Below, in pieces: positions 1 to 12,700 of a stretch of 64,000 bases of DNA. This stretch comes from Lingula anatina. Taxonomy: Eukaryota > Animalia > Brachiopoda. Below the pieces are notes generated by a model. It was not told the DNA's origin and did not search any database. It worked only from the letters and a program-made list of their open reading frames with translations. The stretch covers positions 41,794,401-41,858,400 of the forward strand of contig CM120641.1 in NCBI GenBank assembly GCA_051362555.1, written 5' to 3'. How positions within the stretch are numbered: position 1 is the stretch's first letter; the number at the start of each line of letters is the position of its first letter. Both the position numbers and the translations under genes were made by a program.

Positions 1-569
1 CAGTGTTTTTTCTTGATCATCAAAAATTGATGGATTGTTAGTTTTTTTTAATAACCTAGACATTGTTGATGATTTTCTTGTACTTTGCACAGTTGGTCAT
101 CACTTTATTAACTACCAAATTGTTATATACCCTTTATAATAAAGTATACAATTAAATGCTAAAATCTCCCTCATCTCATCTCATCAAAAGGAAAGGGATC
201 AAAATAATATCACTGTCACATCTCCCTGGAAGCCAGAAATCTGAAATCAATCTCAGCATAGGGGATCATTTTTGTTGAAAACCTGTGGTCTAAAGAGAAG
301 TAAAGACATTTCATATCTCAATCAGATTGTATTCCGAGTTCCAAAATTCGACATGAAAAAAATACCATTGTGCTCTCCATACTGGAAACATAAACAGCAA
401 TCTTGAGAAAAATGTGAACTCTTAGCAGAGCAGAGATGAACTCTTTGTTGGGATATTTGGCTTTGGGCAGATACACTGCATTCAGAGGAGAGATATTGAC
501 TAATGGACAGACAATTCATATCCTAGATATTTGAGTTGACCACATGACATTATTCTACTCTCAACCTAC

Positions 570-3500
570 CTTCCCCAGATTCCTCTGCAGGTTTGGCTTC
601 TCCCTCTTCTGCAGCTGGGGCCCCTTCTTCTGCTGCTAAAATTCAGACAAGCTTACATTACCATAAGTGGCCAACATACAACTAATTTGAGCCTTTAAAG
701 GCACCCAAGATCACTTTTTATCACCCATTTAAAAATCATTATTATCCAGAAACTGTTCACTTTAAATTACTGTCCCGGGGGTTAATCTATTTACTAAGTT
801 CCTAAACATTTATATTGTTACTTAAGCTACCAAAAAGAAAAATGAGGAAAATTCTTGGAAAATGTAAAAAAAAAAAAAAAAAAAAACAGATCCATGTGGT
901 AAAGAAGGAAATAATATCATTAATCTATTTCTTTTGGCATATTTTATCATAGTACTCTTGTCCTGTTGCCTTTTCAAGTTAAAGTTAAATCAAATGAATA
1001 AAACACTTTGTGAAATCTTCATCCTTGGAAGCCTCACCTTTCTCTTGTCCCGATGCCTCTTCTTCACCTTCTAATGGTATTTCCTCACCTAGCAAAACAA
1101 AAATTTCACAAAGTCAAAATAAAGCCCTATTCATTTTGGTGATATGATTGCTTTTCAAACTGGGGAACATGTATTTAACATGTAATATCATTATGGGATA
1201 ATTGTAGATATGTTTGAGTAAAATGAAATTGTAAGAGTGTTCAAATGTTAAAAATGTGGCTGAAGTATACATAAATCATCATGATGTCTAGTCATTAACT
1301 TTGAGCTAAAATTTTAACAGTTTGGAATAATATCAATTTTTTCCAGGATTATTACAAATAAAATTTAAATCATAACATAATTACTTAAATATTATTTGGA
1401 ATCATTTAAACTAAAAATACAACCATCAAGTATAACTGTTAAATAATATATTCAAGACCTCAGGGACATATTTTAAAAAGTTGATATTGATATTATCAAC
1501 GCACTTTGGTGTGAGAAAAGCTACCCTTAGCTATTAATTTAGCTGAAAGAATATGGCTCTCCTGATTATGTACTAGTAGAGCAAGTAACTGTCAAACATT
1601 TTGAATACCCATGCTATATAGCTAACAGAGCACAAGTTTGAATATCATAATAGGCATAGCTTCGCATCTGCAACTCAATATATATGTTCCATACGTAAAT
1701 GGACATTTTTCTAAACCTAAGATACATAACCTTACATAGGTTTTTCACTTTTCCAAAGCATGCTTCACCTTAGTGTGTGCTTCACTCACATGTCTGTTAC
1801 TATAAAGCACTAATTTCTTTTGGACAGAATAGCCTGAGCTTTAAGTCTGACCTGTTCCAACTATTTCATTTTCAAACCATCAGGTTTATCATGTCTCTCA
1901 TAAAGGTGCACTGAGTCATCTGGATTTTGTGGTTTTTCATAAAAGCACCAGTGGCAAAATTCAATTTAATATTCTATGTAACATTTATGATACAGGTGTG
2001 GTGAGCTTCAATCAAATGCTGCCGGAATTAAGAAGCAACAAGCGGGCATGTATCAAAAATGTTGAAAATGAAGAAGCTGGCCCAGGTCTTTTCAGCTCTG
2101 AAGCTGTGGCGAACACAGAGAAGATACATGTTGATTCCTTGACAACTCTGCAATTTCAGACACATTAAAAAAAATCTTTCTACTTCAACAATCTTTTACC
2201 TTGTAATCAGTTTGATTTTTTTTTTTTTTTTTTACATCTGTTCTTTTCATAAACCATTTTATTTTTGTCTGTGCATTCTTCTCTGTCCTTTGCTTGCTTA
2301 TGCTACTTACACTTGGAACTTTTGAACCGACTGTCAATCAGTGATAAGCCATGACATGTTCAAAATAAGCCAGGTAAGCTTGTCTCACAACAAAGCACTA
2401 ACTCTCTCTACTACACACATAGAAAACATCCCAAACACTTTGCAACAAAATGCAGCAGCAGCAATGTATTTAATTTGCACAAATAGCTGCCTCACTGTAT
2501 CAACAAAATAATAAATAACAGAGAACAGAAAGCAGATATGAAGGTGGCACTAAATAATGATATAATTTCATGGTGCGTGCAAAAAGCAAACTTAGAGAAG
2601 CAAGCATGTTATCATTTATTGTCCCTGATCACAGTCTAGTATCATGAGGAAAACTGGCCTTTTTGTATCATTTTTTTTTTGTTTATCAGTTTTGAGATTG
2701 CTTAACATATCATGAAATTGACATTGGGCAATTAATTGCACAGCATTTTGTCCCAAGAGTTTAACAATCATATAATATTTGGAATTAACAGAAATTGCCC
2801 AAATCTTAAACTTCCAGCTCAACTTCACCAGAGTGCTGAATATCAAGCTGACATTTTGTAAGTGACATACAGACCGTCAATTTTTCTTCAGATGATACTA
2901 GTCAGTGATGGTCTTATAATTAAAGCTATTGGGTGACAGGTTAGTAGTAAAGCAGCAAAGCATAGTAAACATAGATAGAAAATCCCCAAATTCCCCACAT
3001 GGCATCAGAACAAACAGCATGCTCACTAATCACGTGAAAAGTTGTTGCCCTTGAGTTGACTGAAAGTTTTAACTGTTGCAATGTACTCTATTATACCACA
3101 GTTTTTTTTACTCATTGATTAAAAAAATTGACAGTTTACAGTTTGTTATACATAGGAAGTATAGAACACACTATGAAGTACTGTGTTGTGCCCACTGAGG
3201 CACTTTAAGAAGCCAACATGAAGAAAGCAGTATATACCTACATAATGCAGGATCATTTCTGTTCAGGATCTGGGAAATAAAGCTGCTCTAAGGGTATTGA
3301 ATATTATCAAATACATGAACATAGCAGACTCTGCAGGGTAAACACATATATGGCCTACAAAATGCAGAATCAATCTTTGCTGGGAAAACAACCTGTCTGG
3401 GTTTTTAGAGGGCTCTACACTGAAGCACTTGCTACAGTTATTTATAAGCGTATGGACTGATAATACAGCAACTGTTATTAAATGCAATACTATAAGAAAA

Positions 3501-4870
3501 TATACTGAATATGCATATCAAGTTTTTCATGAAGGAGGGGTGGGGGGGGGGGACTCAACACGAACTTTTGTCTGCAACTAATTGAAATGATGCAATAATT
3601 CTTATGGTGAAGCATTCTTGAAGCACAGTGTGTTAGCAGCACATGCATTTATTGAAGCTTCATGGATATTAATTAGCAGAAAGTATATAAACTCCCCTCC
3701 CCCCATATACAGTTATCAAACACAAAAATACAAAAGCCAAGGCACTTTCATTATCATCAGCTTATGTGAATGCTAAAGCAATAATCTCCAGACTGACATT
3801 TATAGTGCTTCCGATACTAGACTAATAAGTACCTTTCAAAGCACATTTTTGTTTGAAATGTCATGGAATATATTGTGGCTGTTACAGTAAAATAGCAGTA
3901 GGGTATACAGACATACTGTGATAACTTTGTTAATCTTGCAAGATTATTTGCTATAACAATGATTGTGTACTTAGTTTCTATATTTGGATGGACCAGTCAC
4001 CGTATGATAAATATTTTATAAGCTATGAGTGTTTTGGATTTTAGAAAGTACTCATTTTCCCATCATGTTTTGTAGAATCTACAGAAGTAAAGGGTTATCA
4101 TGCAAAATTGTTTTAAATACAATAGTCACTAAAATAAAACATTTATCAGCATTTATTTGTATATTACACTATTATATCTGAATAGTTTTTCCCAGAGACT
4201 TTATGACCCTCCCTTATTTCCACCACATTTACTTGTTATTACTTTCTGACAACTGTATGCAATTGCAAAGAACAAAATATAATAAATTTTTGGGATGCAA
4301 ACTTTTCTTGATGCCAGGGGCAGTGGCTGTATTCCATTCTACTTTCCGGCAAATACAGCTCAACTTCATACTTCTAACTGATTTTTCTTCTTTTGTGTGC
4401 ACTTATTACAATAATGCTTATGAGGTTCAAAATTGCAGGTATTATGTACAGCTTTAAATAAAAAAAAACAAATTCAAACATATGAACCATCACAGCAGTA
4501 TTGTTATAAATTCTGTGCTCCAAACATGACAAAAAATCAGTTATAATGTACAAATTCAGGGATAAAATAAGGCAAAAGCAAGCACAACCTTTAAGGGTAC
4601 CATCTTTTTCAAACACAAGGTCACCGAATATTGCTGTAATGGCCTCCTTTGCATGTTCCACATCAGAACTTCCATGGACAGCATTGGCCTTCACATCACT
4701 ACCAAACTGGGCACGGATACTGGAAACATAAGTTATATTATTTCTACATTACCTCCCTTCCTCTTCTTTTAGATGCTTACAACCATGTAAGTTAGCCCTT
4801 GCATAGCAATATTATAATAATAAATAATAATTTTACTACATCTTGGGTATTTCAGCAATTTTCCCTTTTT

Positions 4871-4925
<55 letters not shown>

Positions 4926-7900
4926 ACACTGGCATTTATATTACTATAATTGCAAAAATTGTACCAAAATTTATATTATATAAAGTCAACTTACGAGTCT
5001 GGTGCCTCCTCCTTGGCTTTAGCAGGGTCTGTTGGTCCAATGATCCCCCTCCATCCTTCCACAGCATTCTCTTTGGACAGCACCATGAACAGTGTTGGAC
5101 CACTGAAATCACACATCAATACATACATATATGTATATCATTTATTATTACAAAACTCATCAAATACAAAAATCACTGTCTAATATTATGTTTAATGTCT
5201 GACATCACATCATATTATATGTGCATTATAGCCTGCCATCCCTCTCTCTCCCTCTCTCTCTCTCTCTCTGTGCATTCTCTCTCTATCTCTCTCTCTCTCT
5301 CTCTCCTACCTAGTCATATGTTCTACTAAATCTCCATAGTACTCCTTTCCCTCGTGCTCTTTATACAACTGCTGCACTATATCAGGAGTGAGTTCTGTTT
5401 CTTTCCTGGCTGCTATGTGGAAGCCAGCCTCCTTGATCAATTCCATTATTTCATCTAAAAAAAAAAAAATAATAAAATAAATCATAAAAACCTGTTCATG
5501 CACATAAACTGTTTGGTTCTTCATGCAGATTACCAGTTACCTAATCTGCTGAGTCTAAATCATATATTAAGGTAATATTTAAATAAAGTCTGAAGCTGAC
5601 AGAATTTTAACTCACAAGATATATAATTTTTTCTTACATGTTTGGGTTAAAAATCTTGACTTTTGCAAAAGAAATTTCATAAAGAAACTACTGAGTAGAA
5701 AATGTTTTGACTGCAAACCACATTTTATCCCTTTCCATTCACTTGAGTCTGTGAATAGTGCTTTATGTTACCTTTAGTCTTGTAAGCATCTGGCTTGACA
5801 ACAGCCAATGTCTGCTGCATGGGGAAGAAGTATTCTAGTTCTTGTTGAGCTGTTGTTGGAGAATCTGAACCGTGTACAGGGTTTATCTCAACACCTTCCA
5901 CTGCAAACTGAGCTCTCAAGCTGAAATATATTGAACAATGAGAACATGAAGTATTGTGGGTTTCTGAAAGTGACAATAAATAATAAAACTAAATCAAATG
6001 CTAAAACATCTTCATTGAGCCTGTAATTTTTAGTGTAGTAAATAAGAGAAATAATCACTATCACTTCCTGTACCCCTATCAATCACTAATTGTTTTTAAG
6101 CACCATCCTTCGCCCACTCCCTACCTCTCTGGGGCCTCCTCCTTGGCTTTGTCCACTTCTTTAGGTCCCAGCATACCTCTCCACGCGTCCACTGCATCAT
6201 CTCGGGCCAAGGACAGGGCCAACAGAGGACCACTAATAATAATAAAAATATATTCAGCTAATGTGTCATCAGAAAATATACATTAGCTTTGTTTTACACA
6301 AGCTTTAAAATGTGCAAATAAGATTTAAGTACACTTGAATAAACTACATGTAAGACAAATTATATTGAAAGGCACTTGGGTAGCTTAAAATGAAAAACTG
6401 CAATTGGGAACAGAATGTTAATCTATACAAGCCTTGCTTTTAATGAAAAATGGTTATGAAAGGTACCAAACCCTAAATCCTGGTAAACTTTTTAAAGACT
6501 GGTTATTAAAATTAATGTTTAGTTTGACTAAAACTTTTATACACTTGGTCAGGCAGGGAAAGTAAAAATGTTCACATCAAAATGAGATCTGAATGTCTAC
6601 CCCAAATGTGCAATGGAAGTGTATGTATGGGCTTACCAAGACATTCTATTTGTGAGCTCTTCAAAGTAAGGCTGATCTTTGTGTTCTTTGTAAAACTCTT
6701 CTGCTTGCTCCTTTGTGAGTTGGACTTCTTTTTGCATTGCAATTGTGAAGCCAGCTTCTTGGATCTTTTCAAGGATGGCATCTGAAGTAGGAAAATGTCC
6801 CACAGTTAATGCATAATATTAAGCTATATCAAAAGGTTTCAAACAAAATTTATGTATTGTAGCGAAGCTGTATAATTATAACTAAAGCACCTTAAAATCT
6901 GGTCTGCCTACCAGTGTAGTAAATGATTTCATCTGCAGAACTTTATTAACTAGCTTGTCTTGCTGTATACTGCCACCTACCTTTGTGTTCTGTGAGAGCA
7001 TCTGGCCTGATGAGTGCCAGTGTTCTCTGTACTTGGGGTTTAGCTGCAGATTTGGCAGCTGGTGATCCAGGCATAACAAAGTTAGGGAAGAAAAAGGCAA
7101 GTTCTCTGAAAAAAAAAAAAACGAATAAAATAATTAACATGGTTTTTAATCTACAATTAAAAACAAATTTAGGGGAATGGCCATGCACTTGTCTCATTTT
7201 TAGTGTAAATTTCATTTTTAATATTTTTGTTAGAAAAGAACCAATGATAAATAAAACTTACAACGTGGAGAAAAAAATGTCATACCTTGTAGCTGTATCC
7301 TGTGAGTCACTACCATGGAGGGCATTGAAGTATTTTTCAGAACCAAACTTGGCACGTAAACTGGAAAAATATCACAACATATCAATATCAATATCATATT
7401 TTGTAATATCAAAATATGAGATAACTTTTCTTGTATCCCATTCTGCAATTCCAACAATAATTCATCAATTGTGAGTAAAATTAAGTCTGATCTTGTAAAA
7501 TATTGCTGTTTTCCTACACTGACTTTGTTAAGTAAGGGAAACTACACTTTGAAGCAAAAGTCAACAACAGCCTTTTCATCCTTCATACTTCGTCATTTCC
7601 ACTGTCTTCCTAATGTCTCACCTGTCAGGAGCTTGCTCCTTGGCCTCTTCCACACTTGTAGGACCAAGGAGATCCCTCCATTCCTGGATAATACCCTCTC
7701 CAGAACCTTTGGTCAGTACCAACACATGGCTTGGACCACTGGACATAAAACTGACCAGATCTTCAAAGTGTTCCTGTTGAGAAACAAAAGCATGAGTTTA
7801 CAGAGCCTGAAAATGTATTTAACTTAGTGCAGCTTGCAAATGTTTATGTTACTGCAGTCTTGTTTTCCTGTACTGAGAAAGATATCTTAATACAAAAAAA

Positions 7901-9688
7901 TTGGACAAATATAAAATTAAACCTAGCAAATATGAAAAGTCAGTTTTCAACATATTAAGACATTTTGAAAATTTTTTGAATATATATTTTTGCTGCATTC
8001 CTTAATTTTTTCAATCATTGTAACGTTTATAATCTAAAGAACAATATCCCTTTATTTGCAAATCCTTTCCTTCTACATTATTTACAAACATGTGGTTTCT
8101 ATGCAAACAGAGCAGTTTTCACAAACATCTTATCATCTATCTTGTATTTTATCATTAAACACAAAAAGAACAACACTACACACTTTCATTTTATCTTGTA
8201 CTTCAAAACTGTCTAATATTCAGTCCTGAGTATATCACAAGATATCATTCTTGATTTAAATAAATCTACAGTACAGCTTCTACTCCTGGAAGAATACTAA
8301 CATACAAATAATAAGACTATCTGCATGGTTACAAATTACAATGAACTAACTCTAGCTATGAATTACAAGGTTTCTAAACAGTAATGGGGCATCATGGTAT
8401 CTAATACCATATTGACATTTAGTCATCTGCCCAAAATCATTCTAGGACACCAGATTCAAATTGTTCAAGAGTAATTACCATAATTCTGTCAGTAAAGAGG
8501 TGAGCATTCACATCGAGAAGAGCCGAGGTCTAGCAAGGCCGAGACTTAAATATGGCGGCCACGTAATACTTTAATGGTCTCTCAATGACATTCATTGAGA
8601 GACTATTTAAGGATTATGTGGTTTCCTTTCATGTAGGTCTGCCATATTTAGGTCTCGGCCTTGCTAGACCTCGGCTCTTCTCGATGTGAATGCTCTCAAA
8701 GACAAATGCTCTATGTAAATCTAAAGCAACTGTTGCAGCAATCAGTGATTTAGAAACAAAAACTTTGTGAAACTAGGTCCAGTACAAAAACTAATTATTA
8801 CTTTCAACAAGAAAGTTATGTTTTAATTACCGTTTGTGGGTTTGTCTGTGCACAGCATTATGAAAAGTCGTGGACAGATTTTATGAAATTTTCAGGATAG
8901 GTCAAATATGGGCCAAGATAGAAATTATTAGATTTTGGTGATAACTCAATGAGTCATTAATTAATTGATAAACTTTTACTGGATACTTCACAAATAGGCC
9001 AAGGAAGAAATGATTAAATTCTGGTGATGATTAATTATAAAAAGGAATTGGCACCATCACATCAACACACGTGCATGCAGTCAATCCACTCTACCAGGTC
9101 AATCCACTTCATTGATAAATACCAGCCATGTTTTATATTTTGTCTGAAATTTTTAATAATTTGGTAGGCAGTCACTGAGTGCATACCACAAACTTTATGT
9201 AGTTTTTGTTACTAAAACCATGCCATATTTAAGGTATAACTCTTTTGATGATTTGCAATATGGCTGGCACCTTATGCTGAAGGGGGGAATACATTCAATT
9301 ACCTTAAACTGTAAAAAGCAAATAAAAAAACAAAACATGCAGGTCAGTAACTGTACAAGTTTAATTTCAATTAATTCCACTTAAGCAAGACTGGTTATGA
9401 AACAGTAACTGTTACTGCAATAAATTTGTTACTAACAAGCAGTCCAGTGCAAAGAATTAAACAACAGTTAAAACAAATAAAAATCTTGTGCAACAGTAAT
9501 TTTATGCAGTATTTCTATTCATGCAATACTTAACACTAGGTTCAATATTAATACCACTCGCATTTGCTGTTTATTAATTTGGAAAGGGCAAACATTGACA
9601 ACAACAAATATCCAAAATCAGAACATAATATGCCAACTTTTGATATAATACCTCCATGAGTTAAGAATAATTATATACTTAAAATCTA

Positions 9689-9733
<45 letters not shown>

Positions 9734-12700
9734 AGTCCTTAGAGACTACAGAATGTGAGTGGTGCATGTCATGTCAAATGTGTAAAAGCATAGTTATCCA
9801 ATGTATAGGACACATACCTGGTCTTGCTGTGCACTGTAAAACTCTCTAGCCTCCTCATCAGTCAGCTGCCTCTCCTCCTGTGCTAGAACCTCTATGCCTG
9901 CTTCTTTCATCTATAATAATAGTATACCAGACATCAAGTATGGTACATACACAAAGACATTTTAATTTTAGTTGAAGGTTTCTTTAAATTCCTTCATTTA
10001 AAAATGAGGGAATTTAAAGAAACCTTCAACTAAGTCTAGACAATATGGATAAAAAGAGATGAAAATTCTTCTCAAAACTTTCAACAATTTTCATGTTTTA
10101 GTAACAGTGTCTTTGTATATAATGATAACGGAAATTGGCCAAAACAATATTTAATGGCAAGCCCCATCTCCAGTTAGTTGTCCAGTTTTGTTCACCTGTT
10201 CTAGGATCTCTTCCACCTTGCCTGCCTTCACAGCATCAGGTTTGATGATGGCCACTGTCACCTCCTTCTTTGGAGCTGAAATGATTAAAAAAATACATGA
10301 AGAACTAATAAAATATTTCCTCCTTATTGGAGGTGCAGCAAACAATTTGGCCCATCCCCATAAAATATGTGCTATATATTTACAGGCATGCTTTATAATC
10401 ATTTGAAAGTATATTTTATCCTCTTGAAAAGGAGTTCTGTAAATGGATTATGAGTTAAAATAATATTAAATATAACTGCTTTAATGTACATGTATATTTT
10501 ACTTCCTTTCCCTTGTAACATTTCACTTAAAAAGTCAGTTACAACGTGTCTTAAGGAAATTTCAGGGTGCAAATCTATGCTAGATGTAGGCGTCTCTGCA
10601 CATGTGCAAGTATGCACATGGGGTATATCATATTCACAATGAATTGTGTGTGTGTGTCTGTATTCAAGCATGCATGTCTGTGCATCAACATATGCACAGT
10701 TTACATTAACTTGGCCTTTGCCCAAAACAGATCTGATAACAGATCTTAATATATATAATAAGAGTGCAAAATTAAGAACCAAATAAAACCAAAGGTAAAA
10801 ATGACATGCTGGTCACAATTTAATTAACAGTTATAATGATTTTGTAACTTTATACAATATACATTCATTGAAAGGAGAATACAAATTAACTTAAAGGTGA
10901 ATAGAATGTTGAATACATTTGATCGATGGGACAAGGGATCTTGTATAACATACCATCAGTAAAAAAATTATGCAGTGTAAAATTGATAAAAAAAATAACA
11001 CATATAATAAAGAAGCACAAGCAACATACAAAATAATATGTTCAATATTATGTGCATACTCAACAATGTGTGTATATCATGCAATGGGGATTGCAGTTGT
11101 ATTTCAAGGACCAACAAAGACAAAGATTTACAGACAGAAGCTACATGTATATTACCAGTATGTGTAAAGCCAAGACTTACGAAGGCTAGTGTTAACTCCC
11201 TCCTTATCAGTGCTAGTGACTGACAGGCGGGACATTAGTTGTATTCTCTCTCCATTGAAATGAAAATCATCACTTGATTCTGAGACAAAAGCAGTGTTAG
11301 AGGGGAAAAATGAGAATTTTAATCCTGATTTTACAGAATTGTATTACATGTATATATTGCAAAGCTGCATCACTTACAAAAGCTTCAGATATGTTAATTG
11401 TGTAAATAGAGCACTACATTCATGCATTATTCTGGTGCATATATTTGGTATTTAGCATTTTAAAATGATAATAAAACAATATTAACTCATCAGATTTTGA
11501 CTGTGTTACATATTAGTCTTCAGCAATTATACTGAGCACAGACAAATACATGTCAAAAATTGAAAAAAAAAATCCAGGGTAGGAGGGAAAAAAGAGAATA
11601 AAAATCTTAGATGTATTCATCTCAAATTATAACTTCTGCATAATATTATTGAATGAAGTATGTAAAATATAATTTGAAGTATTATTTTTTACTTGCTTCT
11701 TTCAGATACTGTATAATGTTTTCTCTTAAAACAAATGTCACCTCAAACTTCTTAGTGTGTCACTCTTTGATCATTGTGCAGCTATGACAATCCAGGTGAA
11801 ATATTATGGGTTTTGAAAATTGGCTTAACATTTTTTAAACTAAGATGCATTTCTTGTGTAACTTTTATATGATACATGCATGTTAGCTAAAGAAAGAATA
11901 CATTTCAGAGAAACATTTTGGGGAAGATGGGGAGGGAATCCCATTACAAATTCAATGCAAGAAGAGCCACTTCCAAATGAATTATACTGAACAACCTTCC
12001 TGTCAAGTCAGCATATTATCTCTAAAATTTATTGTGAAAAGCAGCACTCACCCTCTTCCTTTTCAGTCTCCTCCTCATCCAGACCGCCTTTCTCTTTCTC
12101 TTCCTCTCCAAGTGCTGGATCCCGAATCTAATGAGAAAGTGAATAACAAAAATATATAAAGTTATGTTTTATACCAAATTACTTTTAATTAAATGCTGTC
12201 TCAGAATTGTTGACTTTTAAATAATATGTAAATAATCACCCATATAAATATATGGCACATAAACAATATTAATGCCCAAGTGCATGACTAATTTATTTTG
12301 GCATAAATAAGCAATTGAATGAAAACTGAGTAAAACCAGCCTGTGGAAGAAAAGTGCAAAAGATACTCTAAAATTTGTAGCACTGATCAACTCATTTGAA
12401 ATAGCAGAATCTACGTCATACCTCTTTTCTTTCTGCTATGCCCTCCATAACCTTGTGTTCCTGAGCCAGCTGATCCTTCAGAGTTCTCTCTATCACTGGG
12501 GCATTAGCACCTCGCACCACTGCAACCAGGCAACCACCCTAATTTCAAGATTGAATAAATTCTCAAAATGAATATCATCTTAAGGAAAGGATTATTTGAC
12601 AGTAAATATGTTAAAACAATGCATGCATTTGGCCCAAAAGAGAAATTATCTCTATAACTTTAAATAACAAAAATGAACAGGTAAACACAGGTAAACTCAG

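Noticed and set aside
2095-2147. Potential alternative terminal exon of the NME8-like gene ([18 protein letters not shown])
   Set aside because: Abuts a dispersed repeat fragment and lacks the acidic-tail character of the real downstream exons.
4799-5329. Long plus-strand ORFs such as 4799-5329 and 6983-7474
   Set aside because: Antisense shadows of NME8 exons and microsatellite translations (VCVCVC, SLSLSL).
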